Shown here: positions 28,980 through 37,819 of the stretch, piece by piece | Numbering within the stretch: the first letter of the stretch is position 1 | How the letters are laid out: each line of letters opens with the position of its first letter | Assembly (NCBI GenBank): GCA_964195945.1 | Contig: CAXMRC010000135.1 | Coordinates: 16,518-80,517, forward strand | Origin: an uncultured Gemmatimonadales bacterium | Lineage (GTDB): Bacteria > Actinomycetota > Acidimicrobiia > Spongiisociales > UBA5794 | DNA: 64,000 nt | Direction: 5' to 3' | Translations under genes and position numbers: made by a program | Notes under the pieces: generated by a model | Told to the model about the DNA's origin: nothing | Database searches by the model: none | The model's input: only the letters and a program-made list of their open reading frames with translations

Positions 28980-30202
28980 GATTGTGCGGTCACATAGGCG
29001 TCACCGGCTAATGCGGTCCGCTCCGATTCTGACATTCGCCACGTTTGGTTCCGCTGCCACAGCACATAGGAAGCTGCGCCAAGCGGAATTGGTAGAACAT
29101 ACGTTATAGCGCGGAAGACGAGGATCGCAGCAACCACCTCGGTCTTGGTGACCACGTCTAGTCCGATCGTTAGCGCCGCAACGTAGCCCAACTCGACGAC
29201 TCCGACACCACCCGGTGTCACCGGGAGGGCAGAAATCAATCTGACAAATGCGAACGCGGCCAGCACCTGAATCCAAGAGAGCTCTTCCTGGCTTACGCCG
29301 GTATGACGCAGGGTGATCAGTAGCACGGCATAGAGGGACAGGTGGCTGAGCATGGTGGCCAACGTCAGTTGTAGCCAGCGGTGCTGCAGAAGCCCGATCG
29401 TATCGCTGCGGAATCCGGCAGCCCGCTCACCCCAACTGCTGACAGGGCCTTTGCGCAAGATGCGGAGCAACTTTGACACCAGTCGTTCCAAAGCAGTACC
29501 GACGGATCGAGCAAGCCGATCGCTACCGAGAATCATCCAGAGACCTGTTACTGCGCCGCCTAAGGCCGCAAGCCCTATTGCCGAGGCCGTGATCCAAGCA
29601 TTCGAGACTTCGCTTTCAATGGCAAGCAGGCCAAGTGCGAGGATCGGCATGCCCATCTTGACGAAGTTGTTCCAGATCCCGGTCACCACGGCAGAGCGGG
29701 TTATGGCCGGCACAGAGAAGCCCCAAGAAGTCAGCATTGCGAGCGTGACGCCGACACCGATCGCCCCACCGCCGGGAAGAGTATTGGAGACGGCTGTGGA
29801 CGACTGATTGACCACAGTGGCTTCTCGCAAGCGAAGCCCGGGAAGCGCAGCAACGAGGACGAACCAGTAGGTAGCGAGATTCCAGAGCGCAACAATGCCC
29901 AACGAGATCGACTCCAGCCAGGTAAGTGACCGGACTGTTCCCCACACCTCGGTGTAATCAGCGATCCGGGGCATCACGCCAGCAAAGATGGCGACGACGA
30001 CGACTATCGAGATGACGGACTGGACAATTCGTCGTGTCTTTGGGGGCGGAGTTGTCCCGGATTGGTCTATGGACTTGGCCGCTTTGTCGCTCACTGTTTG
30101 GACCTCGTTAGTCGCCGTACGCGACACTACACGTTGGCCTCGTCTGCCCGGGCTGCGAGCCATAAACGGGTCGCGAAACAAAACAAAAAGGCGCGAAATC
30201 AA
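28976..30202 (-). CDS. Flippase-like integral membrane protein (lysylphosphatidylglycerol-synthase TM-region / UPF0104-like)
   Basis: About 8 TM helices with a GGGA(I)G(V)G segment, recognised by architecture. Its stop overlaps the PAP2 gene's stop region (convergent). Confidence 0.5.
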   Translation of the reverse strand: MISRLFVLFRDPFMARSPGRRGQRVVSRTATNEVQTVSDKAAKSIDQSGTTPPPKTRRIVQSVISIVVVVAIFAGVMPRIADYTEVWGTVRSLTWLESISLGIVALWNLATYWFVLVAALPGLRLREATVVNQSSTAVSNTLPGGGAIGVGVTLAMLTSWGFSVPAITRSAVVTGIWNNFVKMGMPILALGLLAIESEVSNAWITASAIGLAALGGAVTGLWMILGSDRLARSVGTALERLVSKLLRILRKGPVSSWGERAAGFRSDTIGLLQHRWLQLTLATMLSHLSLYAVLLITLRHTGVSQEELSWIQVLAAFAFVRLISALPVTPGGVGVVELGYVAALTIGLDVVTKTEVVAAILVFRAITYVLPIPLGAASYVLWQRNQTWRMSESERTALAGDAYVTAQS

Positions 30203-30255
30203 GTAACCAGTTTTGCTTGACCAAAGTGATTAGTGCGTCCTATGTTGTTCTCAGT

Positions 30256-30530
30256 CGTTGAGGCGGGAAACCGCAGCAGCGGCGCCGGGGCCCCGCAAGG
30301 GGTCACGGAGATCCGGAAGGGACGTCGACCCGCAAGGGAAGGTGGCCACCCGTAAGGGAAGTCCGGGGACGAGCCCCAGTGGTTCGACCCCACGGGCCCA
30401 GAAAGATCGGCCGGTTGAGACCTCGGTTTCAGCAGGTATCTCAGTTGAGCCGAAAGGCACCGACTGAGAAGGAAAACCCCGAGAGGGTGGAAGCTTCGGC
30501 GGAAACTCCCTCGGGGTTTCTCCGCGTCTC
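30256..30530 (+). ncRNA. Candidate structured RNA rich in GNRA tetraloop hairpins, sharing its 3' hairpin module with the 24240-24975 element
   Basis: The plus-strand hairpins are CCCCgcaaGGGG, CCCgcaaGGG, CCCguaaGGG and GCCgaaaGGC (inside CTCAGT..ACTGAG). A T-loop-like GTGGttcgaccCCAC is also present. The 3' module 30469-30527 is ~85% identical to 24918-24972. Confidence 0.3.
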
Positions 30531-30653
30531 AAGTACCTTCGCATCGTTCTTGCGGATAGTTGAGCGCTAGTGGTGTGTCCGCAAGTTCGCAGAGACCCGA
30601 GCACCAACCCAGAGGATCGCCAGTCCCTGAGTGAGACGGCGTATGATTGGGCC

Positions 30654-31286
30654 ATGGCATTTCCAGAGAACATCCTCACCGACGACGAGTCCATCATCCG
30701 ACAATTCCGACCCCACTGGAGGATGCTTGCCATCCCCGTGCTGTGGGTCATCGCCGCCATTGTGGCGATCGTTGTGGTTTTCCAAGTTATCGACGCCGAG
30801 GGTTGGGTAGCGATAGCCCTCGTCGCTCTGATCTTGCTTGCGTTGATCCCACTAGGTGTGAACCCGTTCATCAAGTGGTTCTTTACTTCCTATGTGCTGA
30901 CGAGCGAGCGTCTCATTACCCGTACCGGGATGATCGCTCGCAGCGGGATCGAACTCCCGCTGCAGAACATCAACAATGTGCTGTTCAACCAAAGCATCAT
31001 CGAACGGTTCCTCAAGTCAGGGGATTTACTGATCGAGTCGGCAGGGGAGAGCGGACAGAGCGAGTTCACGAACATTCCGAATCCCGAAGAGTTCCAATCC
31101 TTGCTGTATCGGACCCGTGAAGATCAGAGCCGCAACACCGCGGCTGAGGAGTCAGCGATCGCGGCCGAGATCACTCGGGACCCGACGGAACAACTCGAAA
31201 GAGCGGCGAAGCTTCGCCAAGAGGGTGTGCTTTCGGATACGGAGTTCGAGGATATGAAGCGCAAGATCCTCGGAGATGCCGAGTAG
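30654..31286 (+). CDS. bPH_2 (YdbS/YdbT-like bacterial PH domain) membrane protein with a C-terminal SHOCT domain
   Basis: A two-TM hairpin is followed by a PH-like region and a C-terminal LRQEGVLSDTEFEDMKRKIL. The ORF opens at 30570, and the likely start is the internal Met at 30654. Confidence 0.5.
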   Translation: MAFPENILTDDESIIRQFRPHWRMLAIPVLWVIAAIVAIVVVFQVIDAEGWVAIALVALILLALIPLGVNPFIKWFFTSYVLTSERLITRTGMIARSGIELPLQNINNVLFNQSIIERFLKSGDLLIESAGESGQSEFTNIPNPEEFQSLLYRTREDQSRNTAAEESAIAAEITRDPTEQLERAAKLRQEGVLSDTEFEDMKRKILGDAE

Positions 31287-31360
31287 CTCCGACCCCCATT
31301 TCACAGAACGCCCTGTTCGGATGTCCCTTCTGTCTGTACATTGTGCAGTAAGGAGGACGT

Positions 31361-31825
31361 ATGTCTGCTGAAAAGCTTCGGGAATACCTCCTGACCAACG
31401 GTGTGCCATACGAGGTGCATGAGCACCCGCTCGCGTTCACGACCTCTCGGGTCGCTGAAGTCGAGCATGTCCCTGGTAAGGAGATCGCCAAACCGGTCAT
31501 TCTCATGGCCGACGATCACTTTGTGATGGCGGTAGTCCCCGGCCACAAGCATGTAGATCTCGCCAAGGCCAAAGCCCTCTTTGGCTGTAGCGAGCTGCGT
31601 CTTGCGGAAGAATCGGAATTCGCGGCGGCGTTCGGAGATTGCGAACGTGGCGCCGAACCACCACTAGGGCACCTGTACGGCATGGCGACGATCGTCGATC
31701 TGCGTTTGGACTCACCACGGGTGACATTCCGCGGTGGCAGCCACACACAGACCATCACGATGGGTCTGGAAGATTACCGAGCAGCGGCTCACGCCACTGT
31801 CGGTGATGTCGCCGCCGGACGCTGA
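31361..31825 (+). CDS. YbaK/ProX-type aminoacyl-tRNA deacylase-domain protein
   Basis: 154 aa with a YbaK-like fold pattern. AAGGAGG sits 6 nt upstream of the ATG. Confidence 0.55.
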   Translation: MSAEKLREYLLTNGVPYEVHEHPLAFTTSRVAEVEHVPGKEIAKPVILMADDHFVMAVVPGHKHVDLAKAKALFGCSELRLAEESEFAAAFGDCERGAEPPLGHLYGMATIVDLRLDSPRVTFRGGSHTQTITMGLEDYRAAAHATVGDVAAGR

Positions 31826-31869
31826 CCAATCAGCGAGTCGGTATGGCGAAGGGGGATTAATTTGGCGCG

Positions 31870-33057
31870 TCAGTCGAATCGTTTGAACTTGGCGACGCAC
31901 TCGATGTGGAAGGTCTGCGGAAACATGTCGACCGGGGTGACCCACTCCAATTCGTAGCCAAGCTCATCGAGGATCGCAGAATCACGAGCGAGGCTTGCCG
32001 GATCACACGAGACATACACCACGGTGCGAGGCTGGGCGGCAGTTATAGCGTCTACGCCATCGGCGCCAAGACCTTTCCTGGGCGGATCCGCAATCACGAC
32101 ATCCCAGTACTCGTCGATTCCCTCGACGGCGTCCTCCATCGACGAGCGAAGGATTCGGTAGTCGCCGATCCCGGCGCGATTTAGGTTCGATTGCAGGTCC
32201 TCGGCCGCGGTCTTGTCCCGCTCGATGCCAATGACCCTTCCCGCATCCTGTCCGACCGTGGCTGCGAACAGCCCTCCGCCGGCATAGGCATCGAGCAGGG
32301 TGTCGGTGCCTGTAACCCCAGCAGCCTCTTTGACGAGACGGACCAATTGTTCCGCACCGGCCGTGTTGTTCTGAAAAAACGCCCGACCCGTGATCCGGAA
32401 GGGGACACCCGCCACGGTTTCGTCCAGCACTAACTCTCCATGAACGGCACGAAGCTCGTCATCCTCGACGACGGCGACGGAGCAGCCCCACGAGGATGCT
32501 TGCAGCGGGACATCTCCCTCGATGATGATCAGGACATCGCCCGTGGTCGTCGAGGTGCGCATAGTGAAACCGATGACGCCTGAGAGGTCACCAAGGTCAA
32601 CGAGGAGAGACGCCAGATTGGGATGGAGGATCTGACACTCCGAAAGCGGAACGAGATTGCGTGACTTGCGCTGATGCAGCGCTGGTCGGCCGTCGTGAAC
32701 TCGAAAATCCATACGGTTCCGGTATTGGAAAGGTGGGCCTACGGCCACGGTTTCGCGCACCGGTGGGTCCGGATGCCGCCCCAGATGAGACATCTGGCCG
32801 GTGACGATAGCTCTCTTCCACTCGAGCTGGGCCGCGTAATCACCGTGCTGCCATTGACAACCTCCGCAAGCGCCAAAGTGTTGGCACAGGGGCTCGACCC
32901 GCTCTGGTGCTGGCTCAATCACCGATGTCAGCTGGACCTTTCCCCACGACCGCTTGTCCACCTCGACCTGGCCGGTGACCAGTTCTCCTGGCAGAGCTCC
33001 ATCGATGAAATAGGCCTTGCCATCCAGCCTGGCAACCGCCGAGCCGCCATGGGCCAT
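31870..33057 (-). CDS. rlmD: 23S rRNA (uracil-5)-methyltransferase RlmD/RumA family (TRAM + Fe-S + class I MTase)
   Basis: The N-terminal TRAM region is followed by a cysteine cluster CQHFGACGGCQWQH. The SAM-MTase domain has a DAYAGGG motif and a C-terminal ECVAKF-type end. Confidence 0.8.
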   Translation of the reverse strand: MAHGGSAVARLDGKAYFIDGALPGELVTGQVEVDKRSWGKVQLTSVIEPAPERVEPLCQHFGACGGCQWQHGDYAAQLEWKRAIVTGQMSHLGRHPDPPVRETVAVGPPFQYRNRMDFRVHDGRPALHQRKSRNLVPLSECQILHPNLASLLVDLGDLSGVIGFTMRTSTTTGDVLIIIEGDVPLQASSWGCSVAVVEDDELRAVHGELVLDETVAGVPFRITGRAFFQNNTAGAEQLVRLVKEAAGVTGTDTLLDAYAGGGLFAATVGQDAGRVIGIERDKTAAEDLQSNLNRAGIGDYRILRSSMEDAVEGIDEYWDVVIADPPRKGLGADGVDAITAAQPRTVVYVSCDPASLARDSAILDELGYELEWVTPVDMFPQTFHIECVAKFKRFD

Positions 33058-33177
33058 ATCGTTGGTTCTGAATTGTAAATCTTCGATCGCGATCTCCTTG
33101 CGTCGCGTGGTGCAGCCACGGTGTCTAGCGCATCCGCTCGCCAGCTTTATCAGTTGCGGAGACTACTCTCCCCGCAT

Positions 33178-33534
33178 ATGCTTGCATTTCACCAGAGTTG
33201 GTTGTGGGTCGCCATATCGACCACCGGAGTTGTCGGTCTGTGGGGCCTGGTTCTAGGTCTCGCCAAGCGACCCGCACCACGGGTCTTCCTCAACGCCCGC
33301 TGGGTGGCGTTCGGTGCAATGGCAATCCAGGTGGGAGCTGGGTTAATTCTCTACGGCAGTGGATCACGCCCCGGCAACGACTTTCACGTTTTCTACGGCA
33401 TTGTCATCGTGTTCACATTTTCCTTCGCATATGTTTACCGCGCCCAGCTAGGGCGACGTCCAGAGCTCGGCTACGGGCTTCTTCTGCTGTTCATCATGGG
33501 TCTTGGCCTGCGGGCGTGGTCGAACGTCGCCTGA
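33178..33534 (+). CDS. Small integral membrane protein
   Basis: 3-4 TM helices. The ORF opens at 33121. No motif recognised. Confidence 0.35.
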   Translation: MLAFHQSWLWVAISTTGVVGLWGLVLGLAKRPAPRVFLNARWVAFGAMAIQVGAGLILYGSGSRPGNDFHVFYGIVIVFTFSFAYVYRAQLGRRPELGYGLLLLFIMGLGLRAWSNVA

Positions 33535-33626
33535 GGGATCTGATGGTCGAACGAATCGCGATCGGCGACCCTTGTCCTAGTCCACATGGGTACGATGCTC
33601 GCTCAACCACATCGCCAGGAGGGCCA

Positions 33627-34412
33627 ATGCTGCTCGAAGGAAAGAGGATTGTCGTCACCGGTGTGCTCACCGACGACTCCATCGCATTCCATGTGGCCCG
33701 CGTAGCCCAGGAACAAGGTGCCGAAGTAGTTCTCACTGGTTTCGGTCGGGCGCTCCGTCTCACCCAAAGGGCAGCAAAACGTTTGCCGGTGGCGCCCGAC
33801 GTCCTCGAACTCGATATCGGCAGCGATGAGGACATGGCTGCACTGGTCGCAAATCTCGATGAGCGTTGGGGGGCCGTCGACGGTGCGGTTCACGCCATCG
33901 CATATGCGCCCCATGATGCGCTAGGGGGCAACTTCCTCAACACCCCTGCCGAGAGCGCTTCGACAGCGTTTCTGACGTCGGCCTTTTCCTACAAGACGCT
34001 CGCAGCAGGTCTGCTGCCCTTGATGAAGAAGGCAGGCGGCGGATCTCTGGTCGCGCTTGACTTCGACAATACCCAGGCATGGCCGTTGTACGACTGGATG
34101 GGAGTCGCCAAAGCTGCATTGCAGGCGGTCACTCGCTATCTGGCGCGTGACCTTGGTGCCGACGATATCCGCGCCAACGCCGTAGCCGCCGGCCCGCTGG
34201 GAACGGTGGCCGCCAAATCTATCCCGCACTTCGAACTGTTTGAAAGAGAGTGGGCGGTCCGTGCTCCGCTGGGGTGGGATGTCCATGATGCGACACCTGT
34301 TGCAGAGATGGTCGCCGTGTTGTTATCAGACTGGTCAAGAATGACGACCGGTGAAGTCATTCACGTGGACGGCGGGTTTCACGCAATTGCGGCGGGTGCG
34401 GAACCTTCGTAG
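33627..34412 (+). CDS. inhA: Enoyl-ACP reductase, NADH-dependent (InhA/FabI)
   Basis: MLLEGKRIVVTGV..DSIAFHVARVAQEQGAEVVLTGF is near-collinear with M. tuberculosis InhA. AGGAGGG lies 4 nt upstream of the ATG at 33627. The longer 33198 ORF is a run-in. Confidence 0.85.
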   Translation: MLLEGKRIVVTGVLTDDSIAFHVARVAQEQGAEVVLTGFGRALRLTQRAAKRLPVAPDVLELDIGSDEDMAALVANLDERWGAVDGAVHAIAYAPHDALGGNFLNTPAESASTAFLTSAFSYKTLAAGLLPLMKKAGGGSLVALDFDNTQAWPLYDWMGVAKAALQAVTRYLARDLGADDIRANAVAAGPLGTVAAKSIPHFELFEREWAVRAPLGWDVHDATPVAEMVAVLLSDWSRMTTGEVIHVDGGFHAIAAGAEPS

Positions 34413-36172
34413 CGAACCCTGGCGACCTTTGGCAGAGACACGGTAAACGTCGCCCCACCGCCCGCGGTTGGCTGGAACCACACTCTGCCTCCGATGACCT
34501 CAGATAGGCCACGGACGATCGACAGACCGAGGCCGGTCCCGCCAGCAGATCTCGTGTAGTGCGGTGCGAGTTGGGTGAAGCGATCAAAGATGTGATCGTG
34601 GAGTTCGTAGGGGATCCCCTCGCCATGATCGATGACCGAAAGCCATACTTCGTTTCCGTTGAGCATGCCGACGATGTCGATCGGGCTTCCCGGTGCGTAC
34701 TTCAGAGCATTGCCAACGAGGTTCACCAGGATCCGGTGCAGATGATCGGGGTCCGTTTCTACTGAGTCGACACCCGGCCCGGTCTGTACGTAAGTGACCT
34801 CGGCCGCATCGGGAATATGGGCAACGGTGTCCTCGATGAAATCCTGGAGATGGATCAACTCGGGTCGGACCGGCAAGGCCTGGTTATCGAGTCGGGAAAC
34901 GACGAGCAAGTCCTCAATCAGAGAACGGAGACGATTTGCTTGCCGGCTTGCTGTATCGACCAACTGTTGTGCGCTGGGGTCGGGATGGACTAGCTGTGGT
35001 CGCTGCAGCGTGCTCAAAGAACCGATGATTGCGGTCAGAGGGGTGCGCAGCTCGTGGCTAACGACGCTGACGAAGTCGGTCTTTAGCTGGGCGAGTTCCA
35101 TCGCCTTCTGGCTGTTCTCCTGCGCCTCTTCGTACCTGGCGAGCTGATTGAGCACCAGCGCCGAAGGGCCGGCAAGCGACTCGAGCAAGGCCAGATCATT
35201 GATGGTGAAATGGCTGTCACGCTTCTCTGCGGTGATCAACACACCGATCGGCCGATTCTCGATGCGGAGCGGGACCGCGGCGAGCTCGTGGCTTCCGAGT
35301 TCAAGGAGGAAGGCATCCGCCTCTTCGGCTTGTTCTTCGAGGTTGTTGAAGACGGCAGGCTCCCCGCTTGTGAAGACCTGTTGAGCGATGCTTGGCTCTG
35401 ACAGCGGCAGTAAGTAGCCCTCTGCCCGTAAGGTTTGGCCTGCAACCCAGATCGGTGACATGACTTCGAGCGCTTCTTCGTCACGGCGATACAGCAACAC
35501 CACTCCGATGCGAGCTTCGAGTGCGTTGGCCAACCGGCCTACGAGTTCTGGGAGGACCTCTGACAGATTGCTGCCAACTCCGATAGTCCGTGAGACGTCG
35601 TAGAGGCGTTGCAACTCTTGTTCCTTGTCGGTGAGGAAGCGCTCTCGCTCTTCAAAAGTGTGGACCCGCCTCGCAGCTACCTCGACGTGACGATGAAGAT
35701 TTCCTGCACCTACCGCGACCAGGGTTGCGGTTATCGCAAAGGCGGCGGTCCGCCAGGCGCCGACATTGGCGGGTAGCTCTGTTTCGTTTGTGATGTAGGT
35801 GAACGCCCCTACCGCGGCTACCGCGATTCCTGCCACGTATATGCCACGCAAGGAGATAACGGCGGGAAGGATGATCATGCCGAGGAGGGCGATGGCGACG
35901 ACCGCGCCGTCGCTGGTCGAGCCAAGGATGATCACAGCCATTATGCCGAGTGTCGCCCAGAACAGAATCACAAGGTCTGCAACGATTGACCGCAAGACCC
36001 GGCCCCAAGGGACCACTGTGAGTAGCACCAGAGCTAGACCAAAGAACGGGACGCTGTCCGTCCAGAACGATTTGCCAGCCTCGTTGCGCGCAACTACAAC
36101 GACAACGAAGGCAACCCACGACATCAGTACAGCGATATACACCGCACGGATGCGATGTCGAATTGGTGGCAT
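34379..36172 (-). CDS. GAF-domain sensor histidine kinase with a multi-TM N-terminal domain
   Basis: About 7 TM helices precede a GAF domain. The H-box is VSHELRTPL and HATPase motifs such as GTGLGLSIVRG follow. No response regulator is adjacent. Confidence 0.75.
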   Translation of the reverse strand: MPPIRHRIRAVYIAVLMSWVAFVVVVVARNEAGKSFWTDSVPFFGLALVLLTVVPWGRVLRSIVADLVILFWATLGIMAVIILGSTSDGAVVAIALLGMIILPAVISLRGIYVAGIAVAAVGAFTYITNETELPANVGAWRTAAFAITATLVAVGAGNLHRHVEVAARRVHTFEERERFLTDKEQELQRLYDVSRTIGVGSNLSEVLPELVGRLANALEARIGVVLLYRRDEEALEVMSPIWVAGQTLRAEGYLLPLSEPSIAQQVFTSGEPAVFNNLEEQAEEADAFLLELGSHELAAVPLRIENRPIGVLITAEKRDSHFTINDLALLESLAGPSALVLNQLARYEEAQENSQKAMELAQLKTDFVSVVSHELRTPLTAIIGSLSTLQRPQLVHPDPSAQQLVDTASRQANRLRSLIEDLLVVSRLDNQALPVRPELIHLQDFIEDTVAHIPDAAEVTYVQTGPGVDSVETDPDHLHRILVNLVGNALKYAPGSPIDIVGMLNGNEVWLSVIDHGEGIPYELHDHIFDRFTQLAPHYTRSAGGTGLGLSIVRGLSEVIGGRVWFQPTAGGGATFTVSLPKVARVRYEGSAPAAIA

Positions 36173-36239
36173 TTCAGTCGTCAAATGAGCTTTTCCCAGA
36201 TATATGTACGTTGCCCGTTCGCCACGGTAACCTCTCCAC

Positions 36240-37250
36240 ATGGCTCGCGTGCTTTTACTGTTCGGCGGAAGGTCGGCGGAACATGAGGTTTCATGTTCGT
36301 CGGCCGTAGCTGTGCTGCAAGCGCTTCGTGACGCTGGGCACCAGGTTATCTCGGTAGGGATCGATCGTTCGGGATCCTGGTTCCTCGCCGATGACAGCCG
36401 CAGTCCGATGGTCGCGGCGGGTCGATCGGTGTCTTTTCGAGTGCCAGAGGGCCGATTGATCGCGGGTGGTGACGAAATCCTCTTTGATGTCGCCTTTCCG
36501 GTTCTTCACGGACCGTATGGTGAGGACGGTTCCATTCAAGGCGCATTCGAGATGGCGAGCACTCCTTATGTTGGATGCGGTGTTACGGCTTCCGCTCTGG
36601 CCATGGAGAAGGACTTCGCCAAGCAGGTATTCAGCCAGCAACGGATCCCGACCGCACGATGGGTTGCTATTCATGCCGACGATTTCGTCAATCCGACTTC
36701 CGTGGTGGAGTTGGTTGTCCGTCGCCTCGGTTTGCCGGTATTCGTGAAGCCGGCTGAGCTGGGATCATCAGTTGGCGTTTCCAAGGCATCAACCGATGGT
36801 GAACTCAAGGATGCTATCGGCGACGCTCTCAGCTACGGGGAAAAGGTGATTGTCGAAGAGTTCGTTGATGGTCGCGAGATCGAAGTTGCCGTCCTCGGAG
36901 GCCGCGCCTCGGTCCCCGGTGAGATCGTAATCGAGACAGACTGGTACGACTACGAATCGAAGTACAACGATGAGGCAAGCCAGTTTGTTGCTCCGGCTCG
37001 GCTCACGCCACCGCAATCGACCGTCGTGAGAGACCTAGCCGAACGTGCCTTCTTTGCGTTGGGATGCAAAGGACTGGCGCGAGTCGATTTCTTTTTCGAA
37101 GAGCGTGGGCGCGGTTTTGTCATCAACGAAATCAACACGATGCCGGGTTTCACGCCTATTTCCGGGTTCCCGACGATGTGGCAGGCAAGCGGCATGACCT
37201 ATGGCGAACTTTGCGATGAGCTGGTCCAGATTGCGTTGCGCGGTGAATAG
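36240..37250 (+). CDS. ddl: D-alanine--D-alanine ligase
   Basis: The N-terminus is LLFGGRSAEHEVSCSSA. An ATP-grasp domain carries the EINTMPGFT motif. Confidence 0.85.
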   Translation: MARVLLLFGGRSAEHEVSCSSAVAVLQALRDAGHQVISVGIDRSGSWFLADDSRSPMVAAGRSVSFRVPEGRLIAGGDEILFDVAFPVLHGPYGEDGSIQGAFEMASTPYVGCGVTASALAMEKDFAKQVFSQQRIPTARWVAIHADDFVNPTSVVELVVRRLGLPVFVKPAELGSSVGVSKASTDGELKDAIGDALSYGEKVIVEEFVDGREIEVAVLGGRASVPGEIVIETDWYDYESKYNDEASQFVAPARLTPPQSTVVRDLAERAFFALGCKGLARVDFFFEERGRGFVINEINTMPGFTPISGFPTMWQASGMTYGELCDELVQIALRGE

Positions 37251-37260
37251 AGCCGGCTGA

Positions 37261-37283
37261 CCCTCAATCCAGGGGATTGAGGG
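37261..37283. terminator. Bidirectional hairpin between the convergent ddl and Lrp-C-like genes
   Basis: CCCTCAATCC-agg-GGATTGAGGG is a perfect 10-bp stem. Confidence 0.5.
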
Positions 37284-37307
37284 GATATGTCTCTGTAGCG
37301 GGTAGAG

Positions 37308-37541
37308 CTAGAGCCGTACCACCGGACAGGTCAGCGTGCGGGTGATCCCTTCAACAGCCTGGATCCGGGCAACGACAAGTTTGCCCAACGAATCAACATC
37401 TTCGGCCTGAGTGTGGACCACCGCGTCATAGGGACCAGTGACGGCTTCGCTCGATATCACACCAGGAATCTCTCCAATTCGTGTTGCGACGTCAGCAGCT
37501 TTGCCGACCTCGGTCTGAATCAGGACGTAAGCCTCAACCAT
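37308..37541 (-). CDS. Stand-alone Lrp/AsnC ligand-binding (RAM) domain protein
   Basis: 77 aa with VLIQTE..IPGV..TGPYD..V..GI..T.T, the AsnC_trans_reg C-terminal domain pattern. Confidence 0.6.
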   Translation of the reverse strand: MVEAYVLIQTEVGKAADVATRIGEIPGVISSEAVTGPYDAVVHTQAEDVDSLGKLVVARIQAVEGITRTLTCPVVRL

Positions 37542-37604
37542 GGGAACTCCTCATACGGTTTCACCTACGGTTGATGATACCCAGGAAGTTTGGTAGAAGT
37601 CGTT

Positions 37605-37817
37605 CTACTTGCCGTCGGCGCCGAAACGAATGTTGCTGGCGACGAGACTGCCATTGTCGTCGACGCCATCGAAGACAATCCGTTGCCCCTGGCGGAGCAT
37701 ACGGAACAAAGACCCCTCGAGGGAGCCGGGGCGAAGGTCGACCTCGGCGCCATCGCCATCGCGTCGAATGACGCCGATGCCGGTGGCTGGGTCGTATACC
37801 TTGACGACACCTTGCAT
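37605..37817 (-). CDS. Small cold-shock-domain-like protein (divergent)
   Basis: MQGVVKVYDPATGIGVI..DGDGAEVDL....L.GQRIVFD is spaced like a CspA beta-barrel. AAAGG lies ~8 nt before the ATG. It sits immediately downstream of rpmB. Confidence 0.35.
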   Translation of the reverse strand: MQGVVKVYDPATGIGVIRRDGDGAEVDLRPGSLEGSLFRMLRQGQRIVFDGVDDNGSLVASNIRFGADGK

Positions 37818-37819
37818 GG

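Noticed and set aside
30366-30400. The T-loop-like GUGGuucgaccCCAC in the second element, suggesting tmRNA or a tRNA-like domain
   Set aside because: There is no acceptor stem or 3' CCA context and no tag-peptide reading frame. The tmRNA 5' and 3' consensus is absent.
33198-33626. The 404-aa ORF starting at 33198 that would give InhA a 143-aa N-terminal extension
   Set aside because: The extension is Arg-rich low-complexity and overlaps a separate membrane-protein gene in another frame. A strong SD (AGGAGGG) precedes the internal ATG at 33627, which matches the canonical InhA N-terminus.
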